From contig JALMLS010000271.1 of the NCBI GenBank assembly GCA_038496445.1, positions 1 to 64,000 on the forward strand: a stretch of DNA of 64,000 nucleotides. The letters are read 5' to 3'. The notes beneath the pieces are model-generated. The model had not been told where the DNA came from. It did no database searches and saw nothing but the letters and a program-made list of their open reading frames with translations. Position numbers and translations under genes: made by a program. This document shows, piece by piece, positions 11,028 through 23,415 of this stretch. Numbering within the stretch: the stretch's first letter is position 1; every line of letters begins with the position of its first letter. This DNA is from Trichosphaerium sp. ATCC 40318 (lineage: Eukaryota > Protista > Tubulinea).

Positions 11028-12380
11028 CTACAAAAAACCGTTCCTTAAATTGGCAAGCAATGATCTATATGTAAGCTGTCCTTTACTATCCCAAGTACGG
11101 CGAGCTTTAGTTGCTACACCATTTTCCATAAAAGTATGTGAAGAAATATCTCCATTCTTAAAAAAAGTCTTACACTCGCCATGTTTACGACCATTCTTCA
11201 TCATAGCTACCTTACTCAGAACCCCATTAGAGTACCATGACCTATCAAACCCTTGTTTTACTCCATTAACAACGGTGTACTCACACTGGAGTTGACCTGT
11301 TGAATAGTACAGTCTGTACATACCTTCACATTTTCCATCTTTTTTAAAACAATGACAACACATATGTCCGTTTCTATGCCAACGCTTATACTCTCCATCA
11401 TATTTTCCGTCATTGAAAGAACTCTCTTCACGCTTATTGCCGTTCTCATACCACTCTTTATAGAGACCATGTCTCTTAGAGTTAACATAAGTCGCTTCAA
11501 TTTTAAGTTTACCATCACTTAACCATTCCTTATATTTTCCGTCCCTAAACCCATTCTTCATAAAACAATGATGCCTAATCTGACCAGTCTTAAACCACTC
11601 CTTAGACTCACCTTCGTTTTTACCATTAATATTACCATACTCACGATACTTAGAGCCATCGCTGAACCATTGTCTGACCATGCCATGTTTTTTATCTTCT
11701 TTATACATGATTTCTCTACACTTTACTTCACCGCTATACTCTAACCGTAAACCATCGTGCTTGCCATCCTTCATATAACCTCGTGCACGTAATTTACCAC
11801 TATGTGTAAACTCCTCATACAATCCATTTTTCATTCCATTCTTCATCGTACACTTATACCTTATCCCTCCTTTTGTATCTTTCGTTGTTTTTTCTTGTTC
11901 TTTTTCTTTTAATTCAACTGACGGTCTAGACCGTCTCCTTATATAACGTATATAATACTCTTTTAATACACCATCCTGTAAACCATCCTTCATATCAACC
12001 TCCAAGGCAAGCCTTCCACTTTCTCTGAATAACTTGAAAATACCGTTTGATTTACCGTTTCGTTGGGAATGTTCGAATTGTAAGTTCCCATTCTTATACC
12101 AGCGCTTACAAGCACCGTTTCTACGCCAGTGTTGCTTTATTTCACCTGTAGAGTACCAAGAAATCCATAAACCGACCTTCTCAAGAGCGTTATTGAAATG
12201 AGTTCTAATCGCCGCTTGCTTGGATAGAAGGTGGTATTTAATAAATATTTCAGAGTCTAGAGCACATATAAGCCTCTGTACATCGCTTGGTAACGCTGTT
12301 ATGATGATTGCGGGCTGTTTAACAGAACTTATATTTTCCGTTTCAGATTGAAGTTTTGACGCCATGACTGTTCTCTCCAT
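11028..12380 (-). CDS. F-box-like + MORN-variant (YwqK-like) repeat protein, 450 aa
   Basis: IITALPSDVQRLICALDSEIFIKYHLLSKQAA N-terminal motif, then many ~24-aa repeats (xxKNGxxxGxYKEWYxNG). Confidence 0.85.
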   Translation of the reverse strand: MERTVMASKLQSETENISSVKQPAIIITALPSDVQRLICALDSEIFIKYHLLSKQAAIRTHFNNALEKVGLWISWYSTGEIKQHWRRNGACKRWYKNGNLQFEHSQRNGKSNGIFKLFRESGRLALEVDMKDGLQDGVLKEYYIRYIRRRSRPSVELKEKEQEKTTKDTKGGIRYKCTMKNGMKNGLYEEFTHSGKLRARGYMKDGKHDGLRLEYSGEVKCREIMYKEDKKHGMVRQWFSDGSKYREYGNINGKNEGESKEWFKTGQIRHHCFMKNGFRDGKYKEWLSDGKLKIEATYVNSKRHGLYKEWYENGNKREESSFNDGKYDGEYKRWHRNGHMCCHCFKKDGKCEGMYRLYYSTGQLQCEYTVVNGVKQGFDRSWYSNGVLSKVAMMKNGRKHGECKTFFKNGDISSHTFMENGVATKARRTWDSKGQLTYRSLLANLRNGFL

Positions 12381-13056
12381 TTAATAATAAGCGAGATGCG
12401 AAAGTTATGAGCCAGTTATATTTGCTGGAAGCGAATTTGCCCTAACTAACATAAATAAACGTGTTAACTCGCGACAGCTATGTACCTATAGAAATAAAAG
12501 ATTCAAAATAATCAGTTAAATGCTGCTGTGGTCACCGAAACAAAAGAAAACAAAAACACAAAAAAGTCACTCCTTTACAATGTTCATGACAATTTCAAAA
12601 ACAAAAAATGTCGTAATGCAAGGCGCATAAGTTGTCAGTACAATGGGTAGATGAGCCTCTGCGAAATGGTTCGCCATCAATAGTTAGAAGCCTCGCAATA
12701 CATTAATTCTTTTCCTGGAGCTTTTGTGTTGGCACTAAGCCTGATTTTTCGTGATGGTTTGTGAACATATGCAGCCTTGTCCAACTTTTACAAGCTATCT
12801 ATTAATGTATCCTTATGGATTACTGTACACGAGCAATAGAGCAGAAAGTCACGTGCTCGCTACAAATCGGGAGTGGCCTTTTAAACGTAGGCTTAGCGCT
12901 ACATTAAATAGCATTATTTCAGTTCAAATCCACCCCATAATGGTTACATCCTAATTGCTAATGACGTCATTTGCATTGCTAAACTTTACTTCTGCTACAA
13001 CATGGAGAACAACAGAACAGCAGATTGTTTTAACGAATAAAGGTTTTTATTTTGGT

Positions 13057-13988
13057 TTAAAATGGTGTCTTTGGTCTTTTCTCTCTGTAATCCTTGAAAG
13101 TGGCATCAAGAGCTTCACGAGCTTTTTGAATGTTAGGTAGTGTTTTAGTCACTTTAGCATCAGTATCAAAATCGTCTGTGAAGCGCGCCAATATGACATC
13201 AGCGTAAGAGATTTTATCACCGAGCAAGTAAGGTCCCTGTAAAAAAAGTATAAGTACAATAACTAAAAAAAAAAAAGAACTTTGTGATCACACCAGTACG
13301 TTTGGAAGAAGTTTAACTATGTCATGGAGGAAGTATAGTAAAATGCCTATTGCGCAATTGGAAGTATTTTTTGGAGAGCACAAAATAGGTTGGTTTTCAA
13401 GCAAAACAAAAAAATTCAGGAAAAGAAAAAGAAAAGAAAAAAATCACGTGCGTTATCAACAGCGAAAAACTTTTCCAGCAAGGCGAATTTGGCAGGTACT
13501 GTTTTCTCTGCAAACTCCTTTAACAAAGGCCCTTGCTTATCCTCTGGTACACCACCATACTTGATCTTGGTAAAAGCAGCAAATAAATCACCAAAAATCC
13601 CAGCTTTCTCAGAAGTTAGCGAATAGCTCGCGTGAATTAACTTCAAAACGTACCGACTTGATCAATCTTGAGTTGATCGATATTACAAGAGCCGTAAAAG
13701 CCGAACTCACGAGCAAGGAAGCGCTCAATAGCTCCAGATTGGCCATAGATAGTATCTAAAGCAAATACCACGTCAATCTACGCCATTTTAGGTCGTTTAC
13801 TTACCTTTTCCGTCTACAGTGATAGTAAGGGCTGGAACTTGTCCTGAAGGTATTGTTGGTTTAACTTTAGGCCAATCAGCTTGCTCAACACGCTCGTCAG
13901 TAAACTCTTTCTTGGCAAGAGCGAAAAGATAACGGGAAATCTCTCCACGTCCACGTCCGTTAAAGTAAGTAAGCTTGTATGTTGCCAT
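13057..13988 (-). CDS. Glutathione S-transferase, sigma-like (4 exons)
   Basis: MATYKLTYFNGRGRGEISRYLF...WPKVKPTIPSGQVPAL...GQSGAIERFLAREFGFYG...YLLGDKISYADV...RPKTPF*. The last intron needs a GC donor. Confidence 0.92.
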
Positions 13989-14402
13989 TGTTGTATGAGT
14001 TAGTTTGTTTGTTGTTGACAGACTTTGGTGAATGAAAATTTTTTTATCAAATTTATCTTCCGCAAATATGTCCGCATTTACCCTATCGCGCATTTAATTA
14101 TCCCCATTAAACTAATACCCTTCTTTTTGTTAACTTACCTACAATAACGAATACGTGGCTGTGGACTAAAAGAGTCAAAATGTGTTAAACAATTTGACTT
14201 TACACGCGATCCTTGGTTCTTACTTTTCAAAATGAACTAGCGCTCTAATAAGCTAAGAGCACTCAGATTACTCCCAATTTTACGACCACACAGCAAAGGA
14301 CAATTTCTAAGGAAACCCAAAAAAGCTTGGCAAGCGCAAACTTCATCTGAACATGTTTCAGTGAAATGATGGTTTCCACGTTTACTCAAACACAAGTGTA
14401 GC

Positions 14403-15867
14403 ATGGCAGCGCAAAGTATACTATTACGCCTCCCCGTAGAGCTACAGCTTGATATTATAGACTTGAGCCGCGAACTATATGTAAAGTACCCGCTATTGTC
14501 TAAGCAAGCGGCTATGATCACCAGATATGATAACGAGCTAAATAAACACGGAAAGTGGTTTGCGTTTGGTAAGAATAAGCAAAAAGCGTACCAAGACTCC
14601 TGGTCGCGCGGTAAACGACACGGAGAGCATAAAATATGGCACGAAAATGGCCAATTACACTCAATAAGGTTTTTCGCCAACGGAGAAGACGCTTGTGATG
14701 AAACATGCTGGTATGACAACAAAGTGATGTCTAAAAGAAGAAACAAGGAAGGTACCTTCAAATGGTGGCGTGACGGTAAGGAACTTTCTCAACAAACAAG
14801 AGTTCTTGGTTCAGATGAAGGAGAACACTACTACAAGCATAACTATCAGCATGGTTACACTACAGGCTATTACTTTCTAAAGAACGGTGACCGTCATGGA
14901 GAGTATAAGAGGTTCCACAAGGACAAGTTGGTTGAACATTGTTATTATGTTAAAGGTAAGAAAGATGGAGAGTACAAGGAATGGCATATAGATGGTAGTT
15001 TAGCTGAACATTGTTTTTACAAGAACGGTGAGAAGGATGGAGAGTACAAGAAATGGCATATAGACGGTATTTTAGCTGAGCATGTGTTTTATAAAAATGG
15101 AAAGAAAGAAGGTTTGTACATTGAAAACAGTAAGTTGTATTATCGCCAGCAGAACCCAATAACAAAGTGTCACTATGTCCAAGATGTCTTACATGGTGAG
15201 TATAAACAGTATACTGGTAATGATGTACTTGTACATGAAGCTTTTTATGTTGATGGCTATCTTGAAGGGAAGGTATCAAAATGGCGTTCAAATGGATCTA
15301 AAGAATCTGTGTGCCATTACGTCAAAGGTAAAAAATTTGGTGATTGTATTGAATGGCATGAAAATGGTGCTTTGAAACTTAAGTATAGGTACACTGATAA
15401 TGAGCTTTATGATGGTGTATAAGGAACTTAGTACTGATAATGGTGTTTGTTCTTTTCAATGCTTTTATGTCAGAGGAAAGAAGGACGGTCGTTATACAAA
15501 GAGATACAAGAACAGTGAGCTTGCTGAAGTTTGTTTTTATAAAAAAGATAGAAGAGAAGGTGAATATAAACAGTGGTACTCCAATGGAATAATGAAGGTA
15601 CATTCATACTACAAGGATGGCAAACTTGAAGGAGATTATAAAAGATGGTTTGAGAATGGCGTTTTAAGAGTTTCGTGTAGTTATACTATTGGCAAAAAGA
15701 TTGGTGAGTATAGGGAGTGGTATGATAATGGCCAATTGTCAAAATATGGTTACTATATTTTCAATAAGCTCCATTGCACGGAATGGAATCCTATTGGTCC
15801 ACAGGTTGTTGAAACTGAGAGTTGGAATCGGAATGGTGAGAAAGGTTCAGCCTGGTATTGGCTTTAA
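14403..15867 (+). pseudogene. F-box-like + MORN-variant repeat gene with a frameshift at ~15418
   Basis: ORFs 14403-15422 and 15400-15867 form one repeat array. GGTGTATAAGGAA lacks 2 nt relative to the repeat pattern DGVYKE. Could be an assembly error. Confidence 0.75.
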
Positions 15868-16148
15868 CTAAATTGTAATCACTTAATTAAACCTACTTTA
15901 TATTCCTCTTGTCTGCATTTTTCTTTGTGCTAAAGAAAGTGATGCACAGTGCCAATGTCACTCTACAAGTGTGAAAGTAAAGATAGGAGATAGAATAAAG
16001 AATACCGAGGGTGATGCATTCATTGTGTGTTTGTTTACAGGAGAGTTGTGGTGCAAAAATATCTTGTCAACTCGAATCTCAACATCACGTGATTGTTATT
16101 TCAACTAACTATAAGTTATTTACAATGAAATCTCGTAAAGCAGGTGGT

Positions 16149-16503
16149 TAGTACTATTAACAGTCCGACTCAACTCAACTCGACTTTTTTTGAGAAAAAA
16201 CGGTCCCGAGTCGACTCAAAAAAAAAATCATCTGAAGGTATCAACATCATTTTTTTTCTGGAGTTTCACTGTCACAAGCATCCATGTGTGGCCACACATC
16301 TGATTTGGTGGAATACACCCTTTTAGTCATCAATCAGACACTATGTGTGATTGCAACAATATGAGAAAAAGAACTTTGACAATTTTAAAACCAGGTTTTT
16401 ACAATTTAGATGTGTTTTTTTTTAAGTCGACTCAACTCAGTCCGACTCGACTTTTTGTAAAATCAGTCCAACTCGACTTAAGACTGAGTCATTAACAGTA
16501 CTA
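16149..16503. mobile_element. hAT-type MITE, 355 bp
   Basis: 8-bp TSD CAGGTGGT (16141-16148, 16504-16511). TIR TAGTACT(A/G)TTAA. Many subterminal GACTC/AACTC repeats. No ORF. Confidence 0.88.
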
Positions 16504-17474
16504 CAGGTGGTTTTTTTTTGAAAAACATGCCAGTATTTCAAAACGTGATATTCGAGCAACACAACTATTACATGACCAGAACTGATGGAAGCAACTCCTT
16601 CCTAATTATGTAGGCAGCTATATCTGGACTTTACTGGGACTAATCAGATATTACACGTTGGTATGAACGTGCTCTAAGTTAAAAGAAATGATTGTTATTA
16701 ATTCCAAACATCCGTAAAAAATCACGTGGACTGTAATGTACCGAAGGCAGTCTACAAACGGCCTTGTCGTTTATGCTGGAGTTTGGTTGTCAATGATAAT
16801 GACTTAAGTGATGTAAAAACTCTCAAGAGTTTGTTTTAGTTCCTACTGAAAGGGCAACATAACCTCTCCAGTGTACATAGAAGTTCTGGTGTACACAACA
16901 ACCTCTGTTAATTAAACCAACATCTACTATTCCGAAATAGTTAACAGTACGTACAAAGGGGTGTTACTTTAATACAACAATATAATTTCGAGCTTCTTTT
17001 TCAAATAAGTTTTTAAACCGTTGAGTTCCTATCATTCAAAACGTTTAACTACTATTTTTTCAACAAGTTCGCGCAATAGGCACACGTTGTACAGTTCTCT
17101 TCACTAAAATCCTACTTTGTTTTCTTAGCCCACCAAAACCCATCTTGTGGTCTTATTCCGCGAAAAAACCAGTATTTTCAATGTGGGCAAAAACCTGAGT
17201 CTCAAGAATTTGAGTGACTTTGGAACTGTAGTTTTTTTTTCTCTTTTTTTTTCCCGCGAATGTTTGATTGACTGTGACACCTACATTGTCACAAAAGGTA
17301 CCTACTAAAACTGAAATAGTGGCACATAATGATGGAGTAGATTTGCAACACTTGAATGAAAAGCAAGAACACACTGATTTGATCAAAATCAGTATACATG
17401 CACGTGCTGGTTTCATTTATTGTTCATTTTTTTTGAAGATTGTCTAAGAACTTGTATTTGCTAATGCAACATAG

Positions 17475-18184
17475 GAAAAAACGTTAGAATCAAGCCATTG
17501 TCATCTACTGAAGCTTCCAGTTGAGATAATGCTTGATATAGCTGGTATAGATATTGAAGTGTATACCTTAAAATGCCACTTTTATCAAAACAGACAGCAA
17601 TTGCTACTAGGTTCAATAGTGATTTGATGAAACATGGTAAGTGGTTACAAGTAGATTATTTCAGAAAACGGTTTCAGATCCAATGTTACTATGTCAATGG
17701 TATTCTAGAAAGAGAATACAGACAATGGTACAATGGATGGTGTATTGAACTTGTTGCACATTGTTACTTTACAAATGGTAAACTAGATGGAGAGTTTTGG
17801 TACAACAGCAAACACAAGAGGTATTTACTATTCAATGGTGAACTGTACAGGAATTTCAGGGGTGAGAAAATACATTGTTACTACACAAATGGAAAACTTG
17901 ATGGAGAGTACAAAACGTGGTACAAGGATGGTACATTGTGTGAGCATTGTTACTACACAAATGGAAACCTTGATGGAGAATACAAAAGATGGTTCAAGAA
18001 TGGTGATTTGAGAATACATTGCTTCTACACAAATGGAAAACTTGATGGAGAGTACAAAACGTTGTCAAAGACTCGTAAAACAAGAACACTTTGTTACTAT
18101 AATAACGGAAAATACAATGGAGAGTACAAAGAGTGGGACAGTAGTGGTAAACTAAAAAAGCAGTTTATTGAAATGATTAACTAG
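17475..18184 (+). pseudogene. F-box-like + MORN-variant repeat gene, frameshifted at ~17562, with a degenerate 3' end
   Basis: LLKLPVEIMLDIAGIDIEVY is out of frame with MPLLSKQTAIATRF (extra TA in GTGTATACC). HCYYTNGKLDGEYK repeats follow. Confidence 0.7.
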
Positions 18185-18539
18185 ATGGAGAGTTTTACAA
18201 GTGTAGTAAAAACATTAAGTAGGTACTATACCACCAAAAGCACCAGTATTTTTTGATTATGTCTCTACAAACGTTGTTTTGCTCAATTTCCATATTGGCA
18301 AGTGCGAGTACGAGTTAAAAGTTAAGTCTGCTTTATTAATCTAAGTCTATTATTGTGACACAAATGACAATTCATGGCTGTTCTGCCGAACAAGCTGAAG
18401 AATATACTTGTCTGACGTTTAAATAGACAAGAAGATGCACTTAATAAACTACTGTACAACAATTTTTGTCTTTAGTATGATGTTTAAGTCAACTGTGTAT
18501 CTGGAGCTCTTTATGTTTATTACAATGGGTTTTTTTTAT

Positions 18540-21500
18540 TTAAGTTTTAGTTACTTTTTTTGTTGTGCGCTCTCCGTTCACCTCTTCTGAAAGCTCTGGT
18601 GGAAATGCTACAGCCTTACTAGGGTATGGTACTAAACTACCATTCTCTGATGCAGATCCCACCTTGTAATCATCGCCAAGGTGCCCAGCAATAAAGTCTA
18701 AAAGTCTGATTACCATAGCTCTTGAGCTAGCTGAAAAAGCCTAAAAAAATATATTACTTCTCTGCCTTTTGAATCAATTACGTACCACCCCAAACACCTT
18801 ACAAACCCATAATGGGTTTATATGGTATTAAGGGTAGTATAGTATGTATTGTAGGGTACCTTGAGCTTATCAGGGACAAAGAGACCGTGAGATTCGATTT
18901 TTTCGCAAACAACTCTGTTGACATGACGATCAAATAAAGGTATGCCATAGCTTACTTCAAAAGGTAACCACTTGAATGTTTGTGTTGATTCGTCGTCTAT
19001 TAATATCATTTTAACGAAACCGCAAGCATTTTTAAGGTTGAGATTGTCCACTAGTGGCCTGAGAGAAGGATGTGTATGAAGATTATCCTTTGAGTATTCT
19101 CCTATAAAAAAACCATTAACAAATTTTATTTTGGACTTAATGATGCGACAACGCAAAAAGAGGCCAAACTCTATCAACCTAGCCTTTAAATACTGATTTT
19201 AAATGTATAAAATGTAGATATTAACGCCTGATCAACAGCATACTGATAGTACCAATTACCAAAACAGCAAGAAAAAAAAACGTTTTCAATGAAAATATTG
19301 TAAATCGTACTTTCTGTTCCACAGTACTCCACAATTGTCTCTTCAAGAGGGAATGGTACCTTAAATATGGAATAAGTTCAGTTATTACTTGATTACTCTA
19401 AGGGAAAAATACATTGGTAGAAACAACGTACACATAGAGATTTTGGCTCTTCATCATCAGAGTAGCTGTAAGCTTGTACAAGCGCAGGAGATGACATTAA
19501 AATCTCATTGAGGGTTGGTAGTAGGTAAGAAACACGCATTATCTGTCCTTCATGCTCCCAAGTCTTTACAAAAACTGTTTCACAGTTCTACAAATAGTAT
19601 GTGAGCCTATGATTCGCTTTTATGATGGAAAATATGCAGTTTTGTAAAGTTAATTGAAAGACAAATGAAGTCACAACGTACACGAAGTGGAGATGGTAAC
19701 TTTGTTACACGTGAACCTTTAGGATATAAAATAGACGCAGGTCCGTAACCAGATGTATAGTATGTAAACAGTTTGAACCAAGGCGAATTCAACTATAACA
19801 AAAAGAGTAAGCATCATTGAATGTAATAGTAAAGAATAAAATAAAACTTCCGGTTATTTACCTCAGGTATAAGAGGTCCAAAGTGTTTAGGACTCGCATT
19901 AGTTATAGAGAGAGTATTTGAGGTCAAAGGAGCCATAGAAATAAGAACAGCATAACTTCTGTCCAACAACTAGAAACAAAGTTAGCGTTTGTGAATATGT
20001 TACAACGAACAACCCACACATTTACAGGTTAACAGTGTATGATACATTGGCCAGAAACAAAGAAATAATGTAGAGAAACAGAAAAATAAAGAATGAAGAA
20101 TGAAGCAGTAAGTGCGATAGAAGTTGTTTTCTGTTGACCTTTTCTTTGGTTTGTTTTCGTACCTTTATTTGTGCTGAATGATCAAGACTGTTTAACCGCT
20201 CAACACGAAGTAAGTCAATGCCACCTTCGCAACCTGCTATAGAAAAGCTTGCATTATGTCTTAGGAAACGTATAGTATTCCTTAAAGTAATTGCATGCTC
20301 GAAATAACGTTGTGCTTCTCCTTCCGATTTATGACCTTCAACCTTTTTTGTTTTAATTAGTTTTTGTGTTTCACATGTTTTATTTGAACTAAAAAATATG
20401 AAACATTGGCGTCAATACTCATGCCTGAGTAATGAAACAGCAGAAAAAGCATTGGCACAAACGGTTGTAACAGAATCAAAACAAAATTTACTTGAGAAAA
20501 AAATAGGAAAACAAACAAAATAAGAACTTCTTGAGTCCACAAGCATTTGGGGTGTTGAACAATATTGAAATATTTGAATCCGTTATTAGTAAACAGGACA
20601 TAGATAATAAATTTGATTGGATGGTTGGTACGTACTGAGTCCAAATCGCGTAGAAAATCATCCATTGTTTCATCTGATTTTTTTCCAACTTCAAACATTG
20701 TAACGGCATGTGTCTTAAGTAATCCATTACCAACATTACCCATCATCAGAAAAGCTGTAAGGCTACTATAAAAAATAGTCAGAAACAACAATAAAAACAA
20801 CACAAGGAGCCACAGAGGGCTAAAAAACAAAGTTTGTTTCGAAAAAGGAAAAAATTGAAAAAAATAATAACTTGCCTGTCAAACAGGAACCCTAGACGTT
20901 TATGACCTGTCTCTGTATTTCGTTTATCTTTACCAGCATCTACAATCCTTTAGATAAATAGAATAATCGTTTGGCTTTGTATAAAATCGAAATCAAAAAA
21001 GTCAAAAATCGAACCTTGTTTTCCTTCCGTCCTTGGTTTCATTTGTATCCTATTGGGAGTCTTCACTTGCATGCCCAATGTTTCTGCAGGTGGGTTTTTC
21101 TTTTTACTTCATTAATGTTAATACAAAGAAGCTTGTACGGGTGGGTTTTTCTTTCATTTGAAGAAAGAAAGTTAACAGGCTTAACTTACTTTTCTTGTGC
21201 GTCTTGAATCCAAGTATTATGCCATTTTGGTGCTGCATTATCAAGAATTTGGTCTCCAGTCTCTTCTGGCTGTAAAGTCAAATTAGTCCAATCCAAATTG
21301 AGTACACAGAAACGTGGTAATTAGGATAATAAAAAAAATTGACGTACTGGAAGTAATTGCTCACAGTTTCGTTTGTAAGCCATACCAAGCCTCATAAATA
21401 AAGACATAGCTTGCTAATAAACTCAATTAGTAACACTAATCATGAGGGCACCAAACGACTTTTTTGAAACAGAAAAAGAGCAACACATTGGTTTTTTTGT

Positions 21501-23145
21501 TATCACAAAAAGTACCTTTACTAATTCGATATCAAGGTTGAGCATCTTGGCCAAATTTTCAACTGTAGTTCTCTCATCAATAGCAACGAATATTTTATAC
21601 ATAAGATTTTCGATAAAATCACCGGCAACTCGATTCATAACGAAATCTGTGAGCCTCACTTAAGAAAAAAAATTAGATAAGCCACTTGTAATTGGATAGA
21701 CTTCTTGAACTTCACGTGATGTTGATACTAACAAGTATGCTCAACTAGGAATTGTACATATTCCAAATGTGGTATTTATGTAGTAATTAAAGCGCAAGAA
21801 AAGGACCGTAGCGTCCATTGAAAACAAAGAAGCAAATAAAAATGTAAAAATCTGGTATCCGTACCAACAATAATGTCAGAGTTCGATACAGGTAGATCAA
21901 AATACAATAATCCTCCAGCATAAAGACTCTGTAGTGCATATTTTGGTAGTTCTCCTGTAAGCTTAGGTCCTTCATCTATAATTATATCTATTATAGCATG
22001 TTCAACACGATTACAATTCTAAAAAAAAGACTTAGTATGCAACACAAAAAAAAAGTAAGTAATAAAAAACTTGAACAAGACGAGCGTTTACTATAGAGTA
22101 AAGACCTCTAATGTAATTAAAAGTAATATAAATGATAAGAATTATACTGATTCAAACATTTAAAGGTCTTAGAACGACACACGTTTCAGACAGCACTCAG
22201 AAAAAACAGAGCCAAAAAAAATTTCTGAAAAAAAGTCGCAACGAAAAGTGTTTGATTTATGGCTTGACGCTCAAAGAAACGCAACTGTACCTGTATGTCA
22301 TCTTCGTTGACAAATCCAACATTAGCTACCCACCAATGTTCCATCGTTTTAAGTTCTTTAGGCTCCTTTGGCATGAATTCTTTGATGATGTTTTTCTTTT
22401 TCTTCCAAAGCCAGTTCTTAGCTTTGAATTTATTCATAATATCTATAAACTGATTTCTACCAATCCCAAGAAGCCGTACACAGTCTGCAGCCGAGAAATT
22501 CGGAATACAATCGTAAGACTTTTCTAAAAACGAACATGAGCGTCTGACAGGTTCTGTATGACACGTAATAGTAAGATAATAAAACGTTGTATAGACCATA
22601 CAAGTATACGTTCATTCCGTTCAGAGTTAAGTTCAAAAAACGCAAAAAGAAATGTCGTTTGCTTTGTTTTTCGTTTGTTTGCTCTAACAGCTTACCACTC
22701 ATCATCACCTCGTACATCATATCAAGATAATAACGAAAAGGCGTTATTCTAAGGCCTTTCACCAAAACATCTGACAAGTGGTACGGATATAACTGTAAAA
22801 GTGAGTATATTAGTATTTTTTAGCGACGTACCATGTATTGCACTTGACTGAAACGCAAAATCTCAAGATAATATGTACCTACATACGTTAAGCGTTACTT
22901 TAATATTATATATACCGTACGCTCATCTGGGACGTATTTACGAACTAAATTTTTTTTCCAGCGTAATTGGTGGCGTATACTGTAACGTTTAACGATTTGA
23001 CGCCATGTTTCGGGCGAATTACCAATAGGAGAGTCAGTATAAACGAAATTGGTACAAGTTTAATACCCATAGACTTTCGCACGTCAGGAGGCAGCTGTTC
23101 CCATGTGTATTGTTGCAAAATATAACGTTCGTGCTCTTCTGCCAT
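18540..23145 (-). CDS. FAM91A1: FAM91A1 homolog (multi-exon)
   Basis: Exon translations [120 protein letters not shown] match FAM91 N- and C-terminal motifs as I recall them. Confidence 0.9.
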
Positions 23146-23415
23146 GCTGCAATAGGCCTGGGGGAGCGGAATATTCGCTTTTTGTCAAAAAAAGTCTCGC
23201 TTTTTTGATTAAAACGAGCTTTGTCGTAGCGTTACTACTACGCTGTCTGTAGATTAATTTTGTAACGAGAAACCAAACGTTGTTCTAATTTACAAAATAA
23301 ACCGCTGTTTGCCTGTTATCGTTTACAGCGACGCGACAAAAGGTATTTCATACGTAAGTACTGTTTTTACTAACCAACTCGGCTTTTCAGTACTAAAGCG
23401 CCAACTCAATTGTGA

